Shown: positions 46,077 through 55,434 of the stretch, piece by piece | How positions within the stretch are numbered: the stretch's first letter is position 1 | Layout: the number at the start of each line of letters is the position of its first letter | Origin: Candidatus Woesebacteria bacterium | GTDB taxonomy: Bacteria > Patescibacteriota > Microgenomatia > UBA8517 | Reading direction: 5' to 3' | Assembly: GCA_013374835.1 (NCBI GenBank) | Contig: CP055307.1 | Span: forward strand, 542,963 to 606,962 | DNA: 64,000 bases | Notes under the pieces: generated by a model | Databases searched by the model: none | What the model was told of the DNA's origin: nothing | What the model saw: the letters and a program-made list of their open reading frames with translations, nothing else | Program-made: the position numbers and the translations under genes

Positions 46077-47780
46077 ATGAGAATACTTGGAATATCTTGT
46101 TTTTATCACGACTCGGCAGTTGCTTTGATAGAGGATGGAAAAATTATAGCAGCTGCCACCGAGGAGCGCTTTAGTAGGAAAAAACACGACAGCGGTTTTC
46201 CAAAAAATGCGATCCGGTTTTGTTTAGATGAGGGTGGAATAAGTTCTTCAGAACTTGATTGGGTGGTTTTTTATGAAAAGCCTTTTTTAAAGTTTGAGAG
46301 GATTACTTTGTCTTTTTTGCAAACTGCTCCTTTTGCAAGAGGTTCTTTTGTTAATGCTTATACAAGCTGGTTGAAAGACAAAATATGGATTAAGTCTATT
46401 ATCTCAAAAGAAGTGGATGTGCCAGCTGATAGGATTTTATTTACGAAGCACCACGTGTCGCATGCCGCAGCTACTTTTTTTACATCTCCTTTTGAGAGAA
46501 GCGCTATTTTGACGGTTGATGGAGTCGGAGAGTGGACTACAACAGCTTGGGGCATTGGTGAGGGAAGAAAGGTCAGATTGCTTAAAGAAATAAGATTTCC
46601 ACATTCATTAGGGCTTTTTTATAGTGCATTTACTCAGTTTTTGGGTTTTCGCATAAATGATGGTGAGTTTAAGGTAATGGGTCTTTCGCCCTACGGTGAA
46701 CCGAGATATAAAAAGGAAGTTGAAAAACTAATTTACCAATCGGCTGATGGCTCGTTTAGGCTTGATTTATCTTATTTTAATTATCATTTGTCCGATACCG
46801 TAAGCTATAGTAAAAAGTTTATTAAGCTTTTTGGAGAGCCTCAAAATCCTGCTAAAAGCGATAGAGTAATTAAAAGATATGCGGACATCGCCGCGTCTGC
46901 TCAAAAAGTGTTAGAAGAAAAGCTTCTTGTAATTGCCAAAAATGTCAAAGAAAAAACCGGCATGGACAGGCTTTGCTACGGTGGCGGTGTTGCCCTAAAC
47001 GGAGTAGCAAATTGGAGGATATTCAAAGAGATTGGTTTTAGGGATTTATTTATTCATCCTGAAGCTGGAGATGCTGGCGGAGCCTTGGGAGCGGCTTTAT
47101 ATGTGTATCACAGCGTTTTGGGCAAACCAAGAAGGAAGGGTTTTAAAACCGTATATTTAGGATACGAAAACAGCGAGGATGAAATTGCAAGCTTTATTCA
47201 GAAAAATGGGATAGATGCAAAGTATTATAGTGACAGTGAACTTGTGAAAAAAGTATCTAGTTTGCTTTTAAGGAAAAAAGTTGTTGGTGTTGTGCGGGGA
47301 AGGTTTGAGTGGGGTCCGAGAGCGTTGGGAAATAGAAGCATTTTAGCGGATCCAAGAGACAAAAAGATGAAGGATTTGGTTAATGCAAAGATTAAGTTTA
47401 GGGAAGCTTTTAGGCCATTTGCTCCGGTAACTACCTACGAAAAAGCAAGGCTTTACTTTGATGTAGGAAAGATTATCCCACAGCCGCTTTCGCACATGAT
47501 CGCTGTTGTACCTGTAAATGAAAAGTATAGATCGCGGCTTGGGGCTGTTACACATGTTGACGGCACCGCAAGGCCGCAGTTTGTTAAACGATCGGAGAAT
47601 CCTTTTTATTACGATTTAATCAATGCTTTTGGCAAGAAAACAGGCGTTTACGTTTTATTAAATACATCCTTTAATCTTAAGGGGGAACCGATTGTGACTA
47701 GCTGTGAAGATGCGTATAAAACTTTTATGAAAAGCGGGCTTGATGTACTTATCTTGGGGAATTATTTGGTAGTAAAATAA
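46077..47780 (+). CDS. NodU/CmcH-family carbamoyltransferase
   Basis: The N-terminus MRILGISCFYHDSAVALIEDGKIIAAATEERFSRKKHDSGFP is the canonical Carbam_trans_N signature. 567 aa, and the C-terminal region is consistent with Carbam_trans_C. Confidence 0.85.
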   Translation: MRILGISCFYHDSAVALIEDGKIIAAATEERFSRKKHDSGFPKNAIRFCLDEGGISSSELDWVVFYEKPFLKFERITLSFLQTAPFARGSFVNAYTSWLKDKIWIKSIISKEVDVPADRILFTKHHVSHAAATFFTSPFERSAILTVDGVGEWTTTAWGIGEGRKVRLLKEIRFPHSLGLFYSAFTQFLGFRINDGEFKVMGLSPYGEPRYKKEVEKLIYQSADGSFRLDLSYFNYHLSDTVSYSKKFIKLFGEPQNPAKSDRVIKRYADIAASAQKVLEEKLLVIAKNVKEKTGMDRLCYGGGVALNGVANWRIFKEIGFRDLFIHPEAGDAGGALGAALYVYHSVLGKPRRKGFKTVYLGYENSEDEIASFIQKNGIDAKYYSDSELVKKVSSLLLRKKVVGVVRGRFEWGPRALGNRSILADPRDKKMKDLVNAKIKFREAFRPFAPVTTYEKARLYFDVGKIIPQPLSHMIAVVPVNEKYRSRLGAVTHVDGTARPQFVKRSENPFYYDLINAFGKKTGVYVLLNTSFNLKGEPIVTSCEDAYKTFMKSGLDVLILGNYLVVK

Positions 47781-48967
47781 TTTTCAAGTAAATTATTGAA
47801 AAGAAATTTTGCCGCAAGGTCTGATCCCAATTGATTCCAGTGCCCTTCAAGACGATTGTGTGTTTTTGCGCTTTTGTTTTCTATTACATATTTTTTGAAT
47901 GTATCAAGCATTTGCCAGCAGGTAAGATTTTCTTTTTTGCAGAAAGTGTTTATCTCCTTGTCTGGTTTTTCTAGATCGAAATCTTTGTTTTTCATTTCGG
48001 GATATGTATTTTTAATCTCTTCCCAGATACTCTCGTGCACTTGTTCATTGTTTGAAAGCGTGACTAAAATGTAGTCGGCACCCATTTTTTTTGATTCATC
48101 GCGGGATGCGCGAATTAGGGTTTTTGTCAGCTCCCAAGCATTCCGATAATCTGGGCTCCAATCTTTTTCGTAAACATGGTATTCAAGCGGGAACCCATCG
48201 AATTTAGTATGTTTTTTATATTCAAAATATTTTTGTCTTGCTTGGAGTATTAGTTTTACAGTCCTTAATTTTTTGAGAGCTTCTTTAAACCTTGCTAATT
48301 TTCTTTGGCTATGCAGTTTATGCGGAATTAGTTTTAGCTCACCTTTATTGTCTAATTCGAAATAAGGCAGGTAGGAGTCTTCTTGGAGCTTTTGGGAGTT
48401 ATTTTTTATATCGTTGGCTGTTAAAAACATATGTAAAACCAGATCTGGTTTATATCTAGCAACTTCGTTTTTAAGAATGATATATTGCTGGGCTGTGCCT
48501 GTATTTCCGCGTCCGACGGCTATTATTTCTATGTTTTTATCCAGCTTTTCATTGAGCATTTTTTCAAGTTTTCTAAAAAATCTGTTTTCGAGAGATACTT
48601 GCATATTTTCAACAAACGAATCGCCAAGGATAATAATTCTGAATGTGTTTTCTTGTTTTTTAACGGTGTGCTCTATATCGGGCCATCCGTCGGAGTTGAC
48701 CTCTACCCAGGTGAAGTATTCTTTAGTTAGAGGAACAAACCATCCCTCTTGATTTGGAACAAGAGCGTTCCCAAATGTTTTGTTGTCATAAAAGCGTAGA
48801 GTGGTTCTTTGGGGAGTAATGCTTAATATTTGTCTATACCCCAACGCCTGATAGATGCGAAGGCCAATTTCTATTGATGTTAATGGTAATAAGAAGCCTA
48901 AAAATATGAGGATTAGTGGGCTTAATTTTGACAGTAGTTTTTTATATGTTTTTGAGAATAAATCCAT
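47762..48967 (-). CDS. SGNH/GDSL-like hydrolase or acyl-esterase candidate with an N-terminal TM anchor
   Basis: 401 aa. N-terminal TM, then block I IIILGDSFVENM, and a later GRGNTGT plus a C-terminal GHW. It is convergent with the carbamoyltransferase, overlapping it by 19 nt. Confidence 0.4.
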   Translation of the reverse strand: MDLFSKTYKKLLSKLSPLILIFLGFLLPLTSIEIGLRIYQALGYRQILSITPQRTTLRFYDNKTFGNALVPNQEGWFVPLTKEYFTWVEVNSDGWPDIEHTVKKQENTFRIIILGDSFVENMQVSLENRFFRKLEKMLNEKLDKNIEIIAVGRGNTGTAQQYIILKNEVARYKPDLVLHMFLTANDIKNNSQKLQEDSYLPYFELDNKGELKLIPHKLHSQRKLARFKEALKKLRTVKLILQARQKYFEYKKHTKFDGFPLEYHVYEKDWSPDYRNAWELTKTLIRASRDESKKMGADYILVTLSNNEQVHESIWEEIKNTYPEMKNKDFDLEKPDKEINTFCKKENLTCWQMLDTFKKYVIENKSAKTHNRLEGHWNQLGSDLAAKFLFNNLLENYFTTK

Positions 48968-51900
48968 GACAGGATAGCTCCATTTATATTTATAACATGA
49001 ACGAGTGGTTTTTCTTGTATTTTGTAAATGATTGGTTCATTTGGCAAAAGTGTCTTGAAGGAGTTTTCTAGGATTATTACTTCTTCCTTTTCCCAATCTG
49101 TAGTTATTTTTAAACTGCTATAGTAGGGCAGAACGGTTTTGCTACATCCGAGAAACGCTACAGATTTTACTTGAGGCATGCACTTTTTAACGTATTCAGC
49201 TGCTTCGCGGCCTCCGTAACAGAGGCCGATAAGATCGTAATTTTGTGCTTTTTTTGTCCCTCCTGTGAAAACATTATAGAAGGTAAAGTAGTTTGGGAAA
49301 AATTTAATAGCAATTGTTGCTTGATAGATAATTACAAAAATAATTAAAAGGCTTAATAGCTTTTTACTTATTTTTTGGTTTAGAAGGCTGTAGGATGCGG
49401 CCAGATAGATCCATGGCCAAAGAGGGAGTATATAGCGGGCGCCAAGTTTTTTGCCCATAAGGCTCATTGAGAAAAGATAAGCGAGGTTAAAGATGCTGAT
49501 AGCTAACGCTTTTTTGTTTACCAATACCTTATTTATATATTTGAAAGAAACTAGAAAGAGTACAATTATAGGAATGGGTACTCTTGCAGCTAGCTGGAAT
49601 AGGTAATATAGGGCGCTTGGGTTTTTGCTTATGTTCCCCCAAAAGTAGTTAGCAGTCCCTTTGCTTGCAATCGTGCCTTGATTGATTAGATATTCGACTA
49701 TAAATAGAGGGTTTGACCATAAAGCAGGCCACAAGACAAGTAGAGCAATATAAGCGACAGTAAAGGCAAAAAAAGCCTTTTTGGCATTAAAAAAGAAAAA
49801 AGGTATGGCAAGAATTATCGATTGAGGTTTGCTCATAAAAGCGATTGCTGTAAAGATCCCACTTGATATTATTGATTTATTTTTTTCCTCAATAAATAAA
49901 AAGGATATTAAAGCCAAAAATGAAAAAACTGTAAATAACGCATCGTGCTGAAGCATTCGCGAACTTTCTGTGAAAACTGGATCAAAAGAAAGAAGGAGTG
50001 TCGTTAATATTGCGGTCTTGGGTGAAATTTTTAATTTTATAAATAAAAAATAGGTTAAGAGAAAAAGGGATATTGTAAGAGAGTGGGCGATCCGTGAGGC
50101 CGTGAATTCCGGAAGTATGTTAATCGATAATGAGCTGTCGTTTTTTCCTAAAATAATTTGGCTAGGGGATATTAGTGTAATGAGGGGTAATCCTATTGTT
50201 TCTGTGTCTTCTTTTTCATACCACCAGGCATTTTTGAAATAATTAAAATTTTTTTTAAGGATTGCATAAAATACTTCTCTCGAGCGTGAAGCCCAGGTTA
50301 TTTCGTCCGGATTTATGGTTGTTTCTTTTAGATTATAGAGCCGTGGTAAAAAGACGCCTGTCAAAAGTGCGAGATACATTAAAGCTTTCGCATCCGGCAA
50401 ATGAAGCTTAATTTTTTGTTTTTTAAGCGTAATAACTGCAAATACGATTGATAGAGCCGAAATTATAAGACCGTTTATTAGGCCTTTGGGGATATAGGTG
50501 AGTTTCAGGAATCTGGATCCTTTGGGGATTTGAACCTCTCTTAGTGCTTCGGGAGTTTCCTGCACATCTATTTTTCTTCCGTCCAGATATGCGACCCATC
50601 CCGAAGAGTAAATCTCTGATAATATCAAGTTGCCCTCTTGATTCTTGTCGAATTCATATTTCAAAGAGTTTGGTTTTATTGTTATTTTTTTAGGGGGATC
50701 GCCGTTTTTGAAATACGCACGCGGCTTGACAATCGTGTTTTCATATATTTTAAAGCCTTCGATTTCTTCAATTAATTTTAATGAGCTGTCGGTTAGTTTA
50801 TGGGGAGAGACGATATATTTTACCGAGTATTCAGCTAAATAAATTGAATAAGGGTCGAGATTTTCTGAGTAAAGTATCCAAGATGGAGGTATCGAGAGGC
50901 TATATTTTTCGTGCCAAAAAGTATTCATTAAAACCGGCGCTCTTTTGAAGTAGTTTTTTTGTTGGAGAGTGCTGTAGCCCTCGATTGTTTCAAGACCGTA
51001 CTCGACTATCTTATTTTGTGACAAACATCGAGTTGTGCAAAAGACCCTTTCGTCTTTTATATTCTTTTGGAGAAAGATATAAACGGCCTCGGGAACTTTA
51101 TTTTGTGGTGTTTGAACTGGTCTTGTAATTCTTCCCCAAGAAAGGACTGCAAGTTCAACTATTGCGAGAACTGAGAGGGCTTTAACAGTTTTGCTTTTAT
51201 ATTTTTTAAGGGCAAAAGCAGCAAGAAAAATTGTTACTAAAATCGGGATAAAAAAGATTCTTGTTGGTACTCGAAGAAGGATGAAGTAATCAAGCCTAAT
51301 AAGAAACGAATATATTGGTGAAGCGTTTCCTGACGCAAAAAGTGTTATGAGAATCGCCAAGGCGAATATGGAAATTTTGAGATTTTTTTCGAGTTTTAAA
51401 AACCCTAGTAATGCTAGAATAAGCGAAGCTCCTCCGAGCGAGATATAAGCTTCGGTATCTAATTGGCTGATTGCGTTTCTGGAAACTAAAAGCGAATTTA
51501 TCGACGCTTTCATAAATTCAAATATAGAGTGCCAAGGAGGGTAGATTTCCGGATTGTTAAGTAAAAAGCTTCGTGTAGTTTGTGGTTGCCATGCTAGCTG
51601 TGGTAGCATGGCACAAGTAATAAGGCCAAACCCAATAAGATTGCCGCCTATGAAATTTAGCGTTTTTTTGGTTTTTTGTTTTTGATTGATTAACAAATAA
51701 ATGAATATTATTGCTGAAGATAGCAATGCTATTGCCCATGTTACGCTGTGATTGAAAAATATTGAGGCTATAAAAAAAGCGAAGAATATACGATCGTTAG
51801 GTTTTTTATTTTGTGATAATCTAATAACAAAATAAAAAAGCGGCGGGATAAGCCCCCATGAGTATATAAGACCTAAGTGTCCTGCTTCAATGTAAGATGC

Positions 51901-52296
51901 GAGTCTTGGTGTGAAAACATAGGTAATTGATGCAAAAAAAGATGCTGTTTTGGGAAATTTAAAAACTGAAGCGATTTTGTCTATAAAGATAACTCCTAGA
52001 AGAAGATGCAGATAGATTAAAATCAGTGTGCTTATTTTGATAGGTAAGAATAGATGCAGAATGTTTGGAGGGTAAAAAATGGGCGCCTGAGGATCCGGTG
52101 CGAGCGGTGTGCCGGAGAGTATGTGTTTGTTCCAAAGTGGTAGTTTTTTATTTATTAATATCTCCTTTTTGGTATAGGAAATAAGCGGTATAAAAAATTC
52201 TTCAAGGTCGTTTCCGCGAGAGAAAAGAAAATCGGGATGAATAATTACTGGAAGTAGAAAAAATAGTGTTATTACGGCAAGCCTTAGCTCTCTCAT
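48922..52296 (-). CDS. Fusion protein: YfhO-like membrane module + ArnT/PMT_2-like GT-C module
   Basis: 1124 aa. The N-terminal half has LPLWNKHILSGTPLAPDPQAPIFYPPN and a mid-protein GWVAYLDGRKIDVQETPEALREVQIPKGSRFLKLTYIPKG + TM, which corresponds to a YfhO tail. The C-terminal half is a second polytopic domain with LLLSFDPVFTESSRMLQHDALFTVFSFLA, which is PMT_2/ArnT-like. Confidence 0.5.
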   Translation of the reverse strand: MRELRLAVITLFFLLPVIIHPDFLFSRGNDLEEFFIPLISYTKKEILINKKLPLWNKHILSGTPLAPDPQAPIFYPPNILHLFLPIKISTLILIYLHLLLGVIFIDKIASVFKFPKTASFFASITYVFTPRLASYIEAGHLGLIYSWGLIPPLFYFVIRLSQNKKPNDRIFFAFFIASIFFNHSVTWAIALLSSAIIFIYLLINQKQKTKKTLNFIGGNLIGFGLITCAMLPQLAWQPQTTRSFLLNNPEIYPPWHSIFEFMKASINSLLVSRNAISQLDTEAYISLGGASLILALLGFLKLEKNLKISIFALAILITLFASGNASPIYSFLIRLDYFILLRVPTRIFFIPILVTIFLAAFALKKYKSKTVKALSVLAIVELAVLSWGRITRPVQTPQNKVPEAVYIFLQKNIKDERVFCTTRCLSQNKIVEYGLETIEGYSTLQQKNYFKRAPVLMNTFWHEKYSLSIPPSWILYSENLDPYSIYLAEYSVKYIVSPHKLTDSSLKLIEEIEGFKIYENTIVKPRAYFKNGDPPKKITIKPNSLKYEFDKNQEGNLILSEIYSSGWVAYLDGRKIDVQETPEALREVQIPKGSRFLKLTYIPKGLINGLIISALSIVFAVITLKKQKIKLHLPDAKALMYLALLTGVFLPRLYNLKETTINPDEITWASRSREVFYAILKKNFNYFKNAWWYEKEDTETIGLPLITLISPSQIILGKNDSSLSINILPEFTASRIAHSLTISLFLLTYFLFIKLKISPKTAILTTLLLSFDPVFTESSRMLQHDALFTVFSFLALISFLFIEEKNKSIISSGIFTAIAFMSKPQSIILAIPFFFFNAKKAFFAFTVAYIALLVLWPALWSNPLFIVEYLINQGTIASKGTANYFWGNISKNPSALYYLFQLAARVPIPIIVLFLVSFKYINKVLVNKKALAISIFNLAYLFSMSLMGKKLGARYILPLWPWIYLAASYSLLNQKISKKLLSLLIIFVIIYQATIAIKFFPNYFTFYNVFTGGTKKAQNYDLIGLCYGGREAAEYVKKCMPQVKSVAFLGCSKTVLPYYSSLKITTDWEKEEVIILENSFKTLLPNEPIIYKIQEKPLVHVININGAILSWIYSQKHIKNYCQN

Positions 52297-52315
52297 TTAT
52301 GTTATTATACTAGTT
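52297..52315. promoter_or_regulatory. Divergent 19-nt junction carrying the same TATTATACTAG box
   Basis: TATTATACTAG at 52303-52313 lies between the divergent starts at 52296 (minus) and 52316 (plus). The minus strand reads TATAAT. Confidence 0.3.
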
Positions 52316-52810
52316 ATGAAGGTGGCGATAGCTGGTTTGGCGTTTTTTTTAGTATTTTTGGGAGGAGGAGAAGCTCATATTTTTGCGCAAGAGAATCAAA
52401 AAAACGCTATTGAATTTGAAGAGGTAAATCCATCTGATCGAGGGGAGTATTTTATAAAAAGATTTAAGGAGAAACTAACGCTTACTCTCTTAAGTTTTCT
52501 ACCTGAGAAAAAGGCTAATTATTTCCATAAGCTTATTAAAGTAAGATTTTCCGAGCTTGTTAATGTCGCCGAGAACAAGGATTTATATAATTTTGAAAAA
52601 TCTTCGCAGAGATACTATACCACTGTAGGTCAGACGGTAACATATGTGAAAGACAAAAATTTTGGCGTGAAGCAGGACATTTTGGAAACCTTAAATCAAC
52701 ACGAAAAAATAATCGAGTCGCTTTTATCCGAATTTACAAGGGATTCTGCACCGTGGCTTTTTTTAAAGCATGATTATGATTATATTAAGACCTATAAAAC
52801 AATGCTTTAG
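52316..52810 (+). CDS. Secreted hypothetical protein
   Basis: 164 aa. Signal-peptide-like N-terminus MKVAIAGLAFFLVFLGGGEAHIFAQEN, with no Cys for a lipobox. The rest is hydrophilic. Confidence 0.4.
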   Translation: MKVAIAGLAFFLVFLGGGEAHIFAQENQKNAIEFEEVNPSDRGEYFIKRFKEKLTLTLLSFLPEKKANYFHKLIKVRFSELVNVAENKDLYNFEKSSQRYYTTVGQTVTYVKDKNFGVKQDILETLNQHEKIIESLLSEFTRDSAPWLFLKHDYDYIKTYKTML

Positions 52811-52956
52811 GCCTGCGTGCGCTTTGTACTTGTTTTGGACTTCTTTTTTTATTTTTTCGGCTTTTGGTTTTTTAATTGGCTATTACGGTTTTTTCGTTAG
52901 CTTTTTAAATAAGTTTTATTTTTTAATATTTATAGCAACATTATATTTGTTTTTAT

Positions 52957-55434
52957 ATGATAAGGAATAATTTTAAGCTTATTTTATTTATTCTTTTAAT
53001 CTTTGTTTTTTTTAGGCCTTTTTTTACATTTTCAGATCTTTCTTGGGGAGATGCTCCTTATTATTTTCACGGTGAGTTTGCCAATCTTTTAAACGGATTT
53101 TCCGTCTGGAGTAGTGAGGGAAATAATTTTGGTGGTATAAACGCTCTCTTATGGCTTTATCCTATTAATTTTTTGATAGGATTTTTGGGCAGTGTTTTAA
53201 GACTGGATCATCTAGTTATAGTTAGGATAGTTTTTTATTTTCCCAGTTTGATAATGGCCGTAACTACTTCTTATCTTTTGGCAAAAGAACTTGGATTAAA
53301 AAAAGGCGCGTGGGCGGCGGCTTTATTGTATGTTTTTAATTCCTATTACCTTCTTCTGGTTGATGGAGGACAGGTGGGGGTAGTTCTTTCTTACGGTTTT
53401 TTACCTTTAGTTGTACTTTCTTTGATTAAGTTAAAGTTTTCTTTGGCAAATTATGTTTTTTCTACATTGATACTTAATTTTGCAGTGCTTATTGACCCCA
53501 GAATTGCCTTTGTTGGTGTTTTGGGAACTTTTATATATAGAGTATTAGAGTTTGTACGGAATGGTGGCAGAGAAATTAGAGGATTTTTGGCCGCGCTTTT
53601 TTTGGTTTGTGCCAGCGTTTTATTAATGAATATGTTTTGGATTTATCCCCTTTTTGCTCTGGGCGGAATAGAAGTGGGATCTGAGGTTTCCCGTTTAAAT
53701 TTGTTTTCTTTAGTTAATGGATTTACGTTATTTCAACCACACTGGCCGGTTAATATATTCGGAGAGGTAAGGCCGCCACTTTTTTATTTTTTGGTTTTGC
53801 CTATTTTTATATGGTCTGGGTTATTGGTTGATAAAAGAGGAAAGTTGTATACATTTTTATTGTTAAATTTAATATTTATATTTATTTTAAAGGGTGAAAA
53901 TGCTCCCTTTGGACAATTATATAAGTTTATTCTTAGCCTTCCTTTTGGTTTTGTTTTTCGCGATTCGAGTAAGTTTTTTCCGGGTGTTATTTTGTTTTCC
54001 TCCTTGTCGCTTTCGTTTTCGGTTTCGAAGAGGAAGAACAATTTTTTTTCGATTGCAGTTTTTTTGGCGGTAATTGCACCGCTTTTGCCTGGGTTGACAA
54101 AATTTAATTTTGTGCTTTCCAGACGTGTTCATGATAAAGAATTTTACAGGATAGGCGAGTATTTATCAGATACCTCAGGCCGGGCATTGTGGATTCCCGA
54201 GAGATATCCTATCCATTTTAACAGCGATGAAAGCCATGCTCTGGATGGCAGACTTTTAACTGAATATCCTTTGTTTGCTATTAATAATGTTGGCTCTCAT
54301 GATAAGCTCAATTACTTACACAACAGCGATTCCATTTCTCTTCTCAAACGTTTGGGGGTGACTTATCTTGTTTTATCTCAAGATCATAGAAGCATAGCCG
54401 TGGGAGATGAGGAGATTTTAGAGAGGGAAATGCTTATTAAAAGTATTAAGGAAACAGATGGTATTACCAGAGTTGATGGCTTTGAAAGACTTTATCAAAT
54501 TTTAGGTGCGCGACCTTATATTTATACAACCGACTCTTTAGCTATCTATTCTGATTATCTTGAAGGGATATATGAAAATGAAAACAGCGCAATAGCCTTT
54601 TTATCCGATGGTACTTTTCGAATCGAACCCCTTTTCAAAGCTCCTTATGGAAGTATGCTTATTAATGCTTCCACTACTGATGTTGCAATGAATCTTCTTA
54701 TTGATGAGATTTACGAAATCCCTCAAAGTGAGTGGGCTAAATACGACTCCTCCCGTAGACTCGAATGGCAGTATCAGCTTTTGACTCGCGGACTTGCTTT
54801 AAAATCTTTGGATTATAAAAAAGGCGTAGCTTTTTCTGATAGAAGAGGAGAGCGTGTTGTTTTAAGAGAGGATGCTGGGCAAAATGTGTTTGCTCTTAGA
54901 GCTGCAGGTAGCAAGGAGGCTCGGCTAGTCATTAATACAGAAAGCGGCCAAGAATTTATTGAATTTGATGGGGAAGCCGGTTTTAGTTGGTATGTTTTTA
55001 CACTTGATAAGCCTTATGCAGAACTTGTTAATGATGCAGGGCTTGTTGTTTTGAACGTATATTCTTTTGTAGAAAAATCGCGGTTTGATGAAGCTCTTGA
55101 GAAAGCTTCCAGCATGATTTCTAATTATAAGTCTTTGGAAAAAGACGGTTGGTATAAGGTGGATTACAAAAGGGAAATCCCTACTTACTTTCGTGTTGGG
55201 AAAACAGCGGGAAACTATTTGATTGTAGCCGAAAACTACCACAAGGACTGGTTGATTAACGATTCGGTGCATTTCTCTGTTTATGGGGGATTTAACGGGT
55301 TTCTGCTAGAGCCTGAGACTGATGCTGATTTAGTTTTTCGCGGCCAAAGGCATTTGATTTACGGTACAGCTATGTCTTTTGCAGCATATTTAGTCTGTTT
55401 AGTTGCTATTATTAAATTATGCAAAAGAGGTTAA
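52957..55434 (+). CDS. Large polytopic membrane protein with a YfhO-like C-terminal beta domain (GT-C-like candidate)
   Basis: 825 aa. About 380 aa of TM helices, a soluble domain, and a C-terminal YHKDWLINDSVHFSVYGGFNGFLLEPETDADLVFRGQ followed by a final TM helix. Confidence 0.45.
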   Translation: MIRNNFKLILFILLIFVFFRPFFTFSDLSWGDAPYYFHGEFANLLNGFSVWSSEGNNFGGINALLWLYPINFLIGFLGSVLRLDHLVIVRIVFYFPSLIMAVTTSYLLAKELGLKKGAWAAALLYVFNSYYLLLVDGGQVGVVLSYGFLPLVVLSLIKLKFSLANYVFSTLILNFAVLIDPRIAFVGVLGTFIYRVLEFVRNGGREIRGFLAALFLVCASVLLMNMFWIYPLFALGGIEVGSEVSRLNLFSLVNGFTLFQPHWPVNIFGEVRPPLFYFLVLPIFIWSGLLVDKRGKLYTFLLLNLIFIFILKGENAPFGQLYKFILSLPFGFVFRDSSKFFPGVILFSSLSLSFSVSKRKNNFFSIAVFLAVIAPLLPGLTKFNFVLSRRVHDKEFYRIGEYLSDTSGRALWIPERYPIHFNSDESHALDGRLLTEYPLFAINNVGSHDKLNYLHNSDSISLLKRLGVTYLVLSQDHRSIAVGDEEILEREMLIKSIKETDGITRVDGFERLYQILGARPYIYTTDSLAIYSDYLEGIYENENSAIAFLSDGTFRIEPLFKAPYGSMLINASTTDVAMNLLIDEIYEIPQSEWAKYDSSRRLEWQYQLLTRGLALKSLDYKKGVAFSDRRGERVVLREDAGQNVFALRAAGSKEARLVINTESGQEFIEFDGEAGFSWYVFTLDKPYAELVNDAGLVVLNVYSFVEKSRFDEALEKASSMISNYKSLEKDGWYKVDYKREIPTYFRVGKTAGNYLIVAENYHKDWLINDSVHFSVYGGFNGFLLEPETDADLVFRGQRHLIYGTAMSFAAYLVCLVAIIKLCKRG

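Noticed and set aside
52770-52970. 66-aa ORF spanning the 52811-52956 intergenic gap
   Set aside because: It overlaps both flanking genes and has a purely hydrophobic, low-complexity translation. The gap is more plausibly the promoter or UTR of the 52957 gene.
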